Shown here: piece after piece, positions 27,228 to 31,376 of the stretch
Numbering within the stretch: the stretch's first letter is position 1
Layout of the letters: every line of letters starts with the position of its first letter
Source of the DNA: a virus
Lineage: Duplodnaviria; Caudoviricetes
Length of the DNA stretch: 31,376 bases
IMG/VR virus record: IMGVR_UViG_3300032279_000009
Coordinates: 1 to 31,376 of that record
Strand: one strand, 5' to 3'
Program-made: the position numbers and the translations under genes
The notes under the pieces: model-generated
What the model was told of the DNA's origin: nothing
Database searches by the model: none
Seen by the model: only the letters and a program-made list of their open reading frames with translations

Positions 27228-27654
27228 CGGTTTGCCGGATAGACAGCAAGTCGTTCATAAGCTCTTGTGCAAAGTCATGAACTACATCGACCTGAATTGC
27301 TTTGTCATCTTTACCAGTAACTTCGACTTTAGAATTTTCGCGGTATTTAGCTGGGAATCGTGCTGCCATGGACCGAGACCACAGCGATGTGTTTAGCTTT
27401 GCACCCTGCGGCTGTTCAACCATGTACGCCAACGCCGTCTTCTCAAAGTACACCATTTCAAGCATCTTCGCTTTGTCCATGGCATCAAGGAATTCAGCGT
27501 GCACATCCATCCAATTGTGCAATGTGGTCCAAGACACATCAAACTCAGCCGCGATCATCTCGCGACTATAGCCTAAGCGACCAAACTCGATGGCTTGATC
27601 GCAATAGGCTGGAATGTATTTGCTGGGTTGCCCCGGGCCGCGTTTCGCTACCAT
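27205..27654 (-). CDS. terS: Terminase small subunit, 149 aa (start corrected to MVAKRGPGQPSKY)
   Basis: GQPSKY followed by an HTH (EMIAAEFDVSWTTLHNW...EFLDAM) and C-terminal KVEVTGKD. A GAGGTG RBS precedes the ATG at 27652-27654, and the gene overlaps TerL. Confidence 0.85.
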   Translation of the reverse strand: MVAKRGPGQPSKYIPAYCDQAIEFGRLGYSREMIAAEFDVSWTTLHNWMDVHAEFLDAMDKAKMLEMVYFEKTALAYMVEQPQGAKLNTSLWSRSMAARFPAKYRENSKVEVTGKDDKAIQVDVVHDFAQELMNDLLSIRQTDAKSVNS

Positions 27655-27656
27655 AT

Positions 27657-27680
27657 GCACCTCTTTGCCAGATTGTACAC
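27657..27680 (-). promoter_or_regulatory. 24-bp direct repeat, copy 1 (TACAAT plus GAGGTG RBS), upstream of terS
   Basis: The minus strand reads GTGTACAATCTGGCAAAGAGGTGC, identical to 27936-27959. Confidence 0.75.
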
Positions 27681-27931
27681 TACCACTTGACTTTGTTGGC
27701 CCAGTACGCGGCACTCATCTTGCCTTTGGCAATATTCTTGGCATGTCGGTCTTTAAAAGCTTTGTTTCGCTTAGAGCCGTCAGGAGAGCCAGACACGCCT
27801 TGTTGCCCGAATCTTATAAGCTTCACAGTCTCGCCTTCTTTGGCGAGCACAACATGGCTTTTTGTTGCATGGCTAGGCGTTCGCTTCGGGACGTTGTAGC
27901 CTGAAAATGTCTCAGATCCGCGTTTGATCAT
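27680..27931 (-). CDS. Small basic phage protein, 83 aa
   Basis: KLIRFGQQG...FKDRH...SAAYWANKVKW resembles a widespread small viral protein family. It has its own RBS. Confidence 0.8.
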   Translation of the reverse strand: MIKRGSETFSGYNVPKRTPSHATKSHVVLAKEGETVKLIRFGQQGVSGSPDGSKRNKAFKDRHAKNIAKGKMSAAYWANKVKW

Positions 27932-27935
27932 CTTG

Positions 27936-27959
27936 GCACCTCTTTGCCAGATTGTACAC
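27936..27959 (-). promoter_or_regulatory. 24-bp direct repeat, copy 2, upstream of the 83-aa gene
   Basis: Identical to 27657-27680. Confidence 0.75.
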
Positions 27960-28000
27960 CACGGATTACAGCCATGCTTTGCCTACTTCAATTGCCCCTC

Positions 28001-28178
28001 AAAATTACAAAATACAAAATTACATCCTCACAGAAAGACTATATACGAACGATGTAAATACATTCTCTCTTATAATATTATTTCTTAATGTAATTTTGTA
28101 ATATTGTAATTTTAAACAGAAAACTGAACGCTGACAACAACATTCTAAAATCTTGGCTCGTAATTTTCTAGTAATTTT
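28001..28178. repeat. AT-rich region with inverted AAAATTAC iterons, a putative replication origin
   Basis: aaaattacaaaatacaaaattacat (28001-28025) is a near-perfect inverse of atgtaattttgtaatattgtaatttt (28088-28113). Further gtaatttt copies occur at 28160 and 28171. It is directly downstream of the primase-helicase. Confidence 0.7.
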
Positions 28179-28192
28179 GGTCATGATTCTTG

Positions 28193-30292
28193 TTACATTT
28201 GCTCAATTTCTTGTCTGACTGCCTGATCTGTCTCAGTTGCCAATGCACTTAGCGCTCCGTGCTTCAGCAGATCCTTGTCTGGCACCGGCGGATTTGTAAT
28301 TTTGCAGACCGTGAACCTAGACGTTTTGCCTTGCATCGTTATTGGCTTTGATTCTAGATCGGCATAGTTAAGCAACGCTTTCTTGATGTATTGTGACTTA
28401 GCTCGGCTATCATGTCCCCACTTCTCACATAGCAATTCAAGTTGTGCTGGTGTAAATGCTGCATAGCCGTTAAGCCTTTCAATTACCCAGTCACTTAGCT
28501 CTTTGGCAAATGCTTCTATTGGACTACGGCCAGCTTGGATGGCAATCTTCTTGTAGGCTGTATCTGGTGCCGGCTTGGATGGGTCAAAATCACTGATGTC
28601 TCTGTTGTAGTACCAATTCAGGACTTTGCCAAAGCCACGTTCTTGTCTTGCCCATGTCATCAGGTTCACAACTTTTGGGTGTGTCTCAACGTTAGATAGA
28701 CTGCTTGGTTTGTATATGGCTTCCCGCCTAGCATTGTTGCCCATCTTGGTGATGTACGGCTTATTGGAAGTAAATATAAAGTTCATATAGTTCTCAATGT
28801 TGTATTGAGCGCCATACTTGTTGTTGATTGCAATCTCCTTGCCTGTGATCATGCTCTTGAGCTGTGCTGAATGGTCTTCACGGTCACTGCTTGGTTCATT
28901 TATCACAATAAGAACTTTGTTCTTAAAAATGCCGTTGAAGTTGCCAAATAGCTCATCAGGTCCGATGATGATAGCCGGCCCATGCTCACCAAGGCCAAGC
29001 ATTTCAGCTATGAACTCGGCAACTGCTGACTTGCCAATGCCTTCAATGTTCGATACGAATTGCGGGGTTGTGTTGTTTCGCCTGTAAGGATGTTGTATTA
29101 CATTGGCGACCCAGTCATGCCAATAATCAGCGAATGACGGTTCATCTCTAAAGAAATACTCACAAAAGTTCAGGTACCAAGACACATCGCCATCTATAGG
29201 ATCATTTAGCCAGCTGTTCAGGTAGTTGTAATTGCCATCCGGCGTGATCTTGAGCCCTTGGTATTGAGGAAACACACCGACTTTCCTGATGTCGCACCTC
29301 CGTTTCCATTTCTTATATTCTTCCAGCAACACGATCTCTCTGGTAGTGATCTTTGGCGGTTGTGTGCCACGGCCAGGGACAGTGATCTGTTGCATGAAGA
29401 CATGCTGAGCACTGTCAATCTTGGCTTTGTGAAACGGCATGATATGGCCATCATCGATACGGATCACATCGCCGTTGTACAACGCATATTTTGTACTGAA
29501 CTCATGAAGCTTCACATCCAATGTGTCAATGCCGTTCATGATGACTGAGGTCGAAGCTAGCACTGCGCCAAGTGTGCCGCCGGCATCTAGGTGGTCATCA
29601 ATGGCAAACTTGCTGCCTTTGCCAGGACCGAACCGCCCAACGCGACAAAGGTGCACTTCTGCACCTAGTCCTCGAAGAGTCACCGCTAATTTCGTTTCGG
29701 CAAATGCCACCTGTTCATTAGGCTCGCCATCTTCCTTGGCGCCATCATAGTCAAAGACAATAAGAACTTTCCGGTGCTTGGTGTCGAAGCTTGACTTCTT
29801 TTGCCACATGAACATCATCAGGTCCGGATGTAGATGCACCCCGCTTTTGCTGGTCCAGCTAGTCACACCAGCCAAGCCAATACATGCATGGGTCAAACCC
29901 TCGACTGCTACGGCTTTGGTGATGGACCAGCTCTTAAACTCGCCTTCAGTGATGATGATCGGTATGTCGACATTGTTGATGACTGATCGCCACTGCACCT
30001 TAGGCGGAAAGTAGATGTGTGACCCGCTGGCTCTGGCCTGCGAGTATTTCATCTTTGTTTTAGGGGTCAGTAGTCTAACCCTTACAAACCCTGTATCTGC
30101 GCCATCAATGTCAAAATACGGTATTTTTACAGACCACTCAAACGTGTGGCCAAGCAAGCCTTTGGTTTGATCTTTGTCTAAAAGTTCAAGGCCTAAAGTT
30201 TGTTCATCTTGGTCATCATATTTGCGGTTTTGTAAAAAAGTTTTGTATAATTGTGCTGGTTGTGTTATATGAGATGCGAATCCCATTGACAT
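28193..30292 (-). CDS. Primase-helicase: TOPRIM (DUF3854-like) plus SF3 helicase (D5/DUF5906-like), 699 aa
   Basis: TOPRIM motifs IIITEGEFK and IVFDYD. Helicase motifs EGIGKS (Walker A), LIVINE (variant Walker B) and FIFTSN (motif C). Confidence 0.85.
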   Translation of the reverse strand: MSMGFASHITQPAQLYKTFLQNRKYDDQDEQTLGLELLDKDQTKGLLGHTFEWSVKIPYFDIDGADTGFVRVRLLTPKTKMKYSQARASGSHIYFPPKVQWRSVINNVDIPIIITEGEFKSWSITKAVAVEGLTHACIGLAGVTSWTSKSGVHLHPDLMMFMWQKKSSFDTKHRKVLIVFDYDGAKEDGEPNEQVAFAETKLAVTLRGLGAEVHLCRVGRFGPGKGSKFAIDDHLDAGGTLGAVLASTSVIMNGIDTLDVKLHEFSTKYALYNGDVIRIDDGHIMPFHKAKIDSAQHVFMQQITVPGRGTQPPKITTREIVLLEEYKKWKRRCDIRKVGVFPQYQGLKITPDGNYNYLNSWLNDPIDGDVSWYLNFCEYFFRDEPSFADYWHDWVANVIQHPYRRNNTTPQFVSNIEGIGKSAVAEFIAEMLGLGEHGPAIIIGPDELFGNFNGIFKNKVLIVINEPSSDREDHSAQLKSMITGKEIAINNKYGAQYNIENYMNFIFTSNKPYITKMGNNARREAIYKPSSLSNVETHPKVVNLMTWARQERGFGKVLNWYYNRDISDFDPSKPAPDTAYKKIAIQAGRSPIEAFAKELSDWVIERLNGYAAFTPAQLELLCEKWGHDSRAKSQYIKKALLNYADLESKPITMQGKTSRFTVCKITNPPVPDKDLLKHGALSALATETDQAVRQEIEQM

Positions 30293-30334
30293 AATTGGTT
30301 CCTTTTGTTTTCATGCAGTTGTCTTATTGACTTT

Positions 30335-30370
30335 AAAGGCCCTAGGTTCCTAGCCTAGGGCCTTTTTTTT
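30335..30370 (+). terminator. Strong hairpin with a T8 tail on the + strand (only T3 on the - strand)
   Basis: AAAGGCCCTAGG-TTCCTAG-CCTAGGGCC-TTTTTTTT between DUF932 and the primase. Confidence 0.7.
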
Positions 30371-30373
30371 CGA

Positions 30374-31351
30374 TCATACCAACAACAGCTCATCCGCCTT
30401 AGCAACTGCCAAAGATTTTAAGTTTTGGCCGTCACCAAACCATGCACGGTCCATACGGCTATCGGCTGTACGGCCTTTGTGGTGGTCAACATATTCTGTG
30501 ACTGCGTTAACTAGGCCCCAGACTGTGCCTTTGGCAGTAACTAAATTGCTGCCTTTGCCACCGCCTTGGAACAGGCTCATCAACATCTCGGTAGTTTTCT
30601 TGCTAACAACTACATCGCCTTCGGTGGTTGTGTAGGAAGCAATTGAATCAAAGTAGTTCTTGGCCAATGATTCGCTAACAGTCACTGAACACCATTGATC
30701 TACCTGACCAACAAACTTGGTCCAGCTGTGGTTTGCCAAGCCAAGTTGTGCCTTGACCGCAGACTCATCAAACACTGACCGGTGGTTAACACGAACCACA
30801 GACTTAGATTTGCCTGTTTCAGCCTCGTGCATTGCAAAGCCAAGAGTGTTGGCACATACCACACGGACTGAAGTGAACATAGCTGTTGTGGCCATAGAGC
30901 CGTCACAAGCTGTGCCTAACAGCAGGTAGCCTTTGATCTTGTCACCGGCTATTTCGATCTTTTGACCCATGTTGGCAAGTGCCCAGTACTTACGGCCTTC
31001 ACGAAGAACGCCGGCTGTTTCTAAGGTGAATCCAGCCTTTTCAGTGAGGTCACGGTAAAACTCTAGCACCTCTTTAGGTTGAACTACCTTGAAGGTGTTG
31101 GAAACCACTGCCAAGGCCTTGTGCGTGTCTGAACGTGTCAGAACTTTTTTGCCAGGAAACTTGACATAGTTGGATGTGTGGTCTTTGCGATAGATGTCGC
31201 CTGCCTCGATGTCAAAGTCCATGCCAGCGGCTTTTTGCCATTGTTCGATGGATTGGCCGGCTTGCATTTGCTGACCAAGTTTGTGCCATGGTGTGTCACC
31301 CATGTATGCGATTGCTGCTGTACCTGTTGTTGTGTCGATATCGTGTGCCAT
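30374..31351 (-). CDS. DUF932-family phage/plasmid protein, 325 aa
   Basis: Motifs MAH...PWHKLG, ETAGVLREGRKYWALA, DGS...FTSVRVVCANTL and GTVWGLVNAVTEYVDH. AAAGGAG RBS. Confidence 0.9.
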   Translation of the reverse strand: MAHDIDTTTGTAAIAYMGDTPWHKLGQQMQAGQSIEQWQKAAGMDFDIEAGDIYRKDHTSNYVKFPGKKVLTRSDTHKALAVVSNTFKVVQPKEVLEFYRDLTEKAGFTLETAGVLREGRKYWALANMGQKIEIAGDKIKGYLLLGTACDGSMATTAMFTSVRVVCANTLGFAMHEAETGKSKSVVRVNHRSVFDESAVKAQLGLANHSWTKFVGQVDQWCSVTVSESLAKNYFDSIASYTTTEGDVVVSKKTTEMLMSLFQGGGKGSNLVTAKGTVWGLVNAVTEYVDHHKGRTADSRMDRAWFGDGQNLKSLAVAKADELLLV

Positions 31352-31376
31352 GATGGCTCCTTTGTGAATGATGAAG

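Noticed and set aside
27657-27959. 24-bp direct repeats as a mini-CRISPR or att sites
   Set aside because: There are only two copies, 255 bp apart with a whole gene between them, and no cas or integrase gene in the window.
1-31376. Alternative genetic code, introns or inteins in TerL, portal or primase
   Set aside because: Genes tile the minus strand under the standard code at normal lengths with no interruptions. Lys codons are used normally elsewhere, so recoding does not explain the Lys desert.

Overview
The window is a 31-kb piece of a tailed dsDNA phage genome (Caudoviricetes). It is probably podovirus-like, since no tape measure, sheath or tail tube gene is recognisable here. All real genes are on the minus strand. 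In transcription order (right to left): DUF932 protein; TOPRIM-primase/SF3-helicase; an AT-rich inverted-iteron origin candidate; a small basic gene bounded by 24-bp direct repeats; TerS; TerL; a 1775-aa protein; portal; two small ORFs; GroES; scaffold; two head-associated proteins; major capsid protein; beta-rich virion proteins alternating with Lys/Gly/Met-rich proteins; a head-tail adaptor; and a cassette of about ten tail fibre and fibre-chaperone genes. The most striking unexplained signals are in or near the 1775-aa protein between TerL and portal. It has one cysteine, in a PcfJ-like HC motif, then 880 consecutive residues without lysine, a PSxDQMQYEL motif at both termini, and a C-terminal YAKGG motif. 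Related xxxGG motifs, mostly [YML][AK]xGG, occur about 14 times across four proteins of the head module. Together these suggest an undescribed di-glycine-based processing, targeting or lysine-conjugation system, which is inference only. Other oddities are a gene that appears to start at ATT and paralogous fibre genes sharing identical DNA blocks. Family assignments come from motif recognition; no database search was run.
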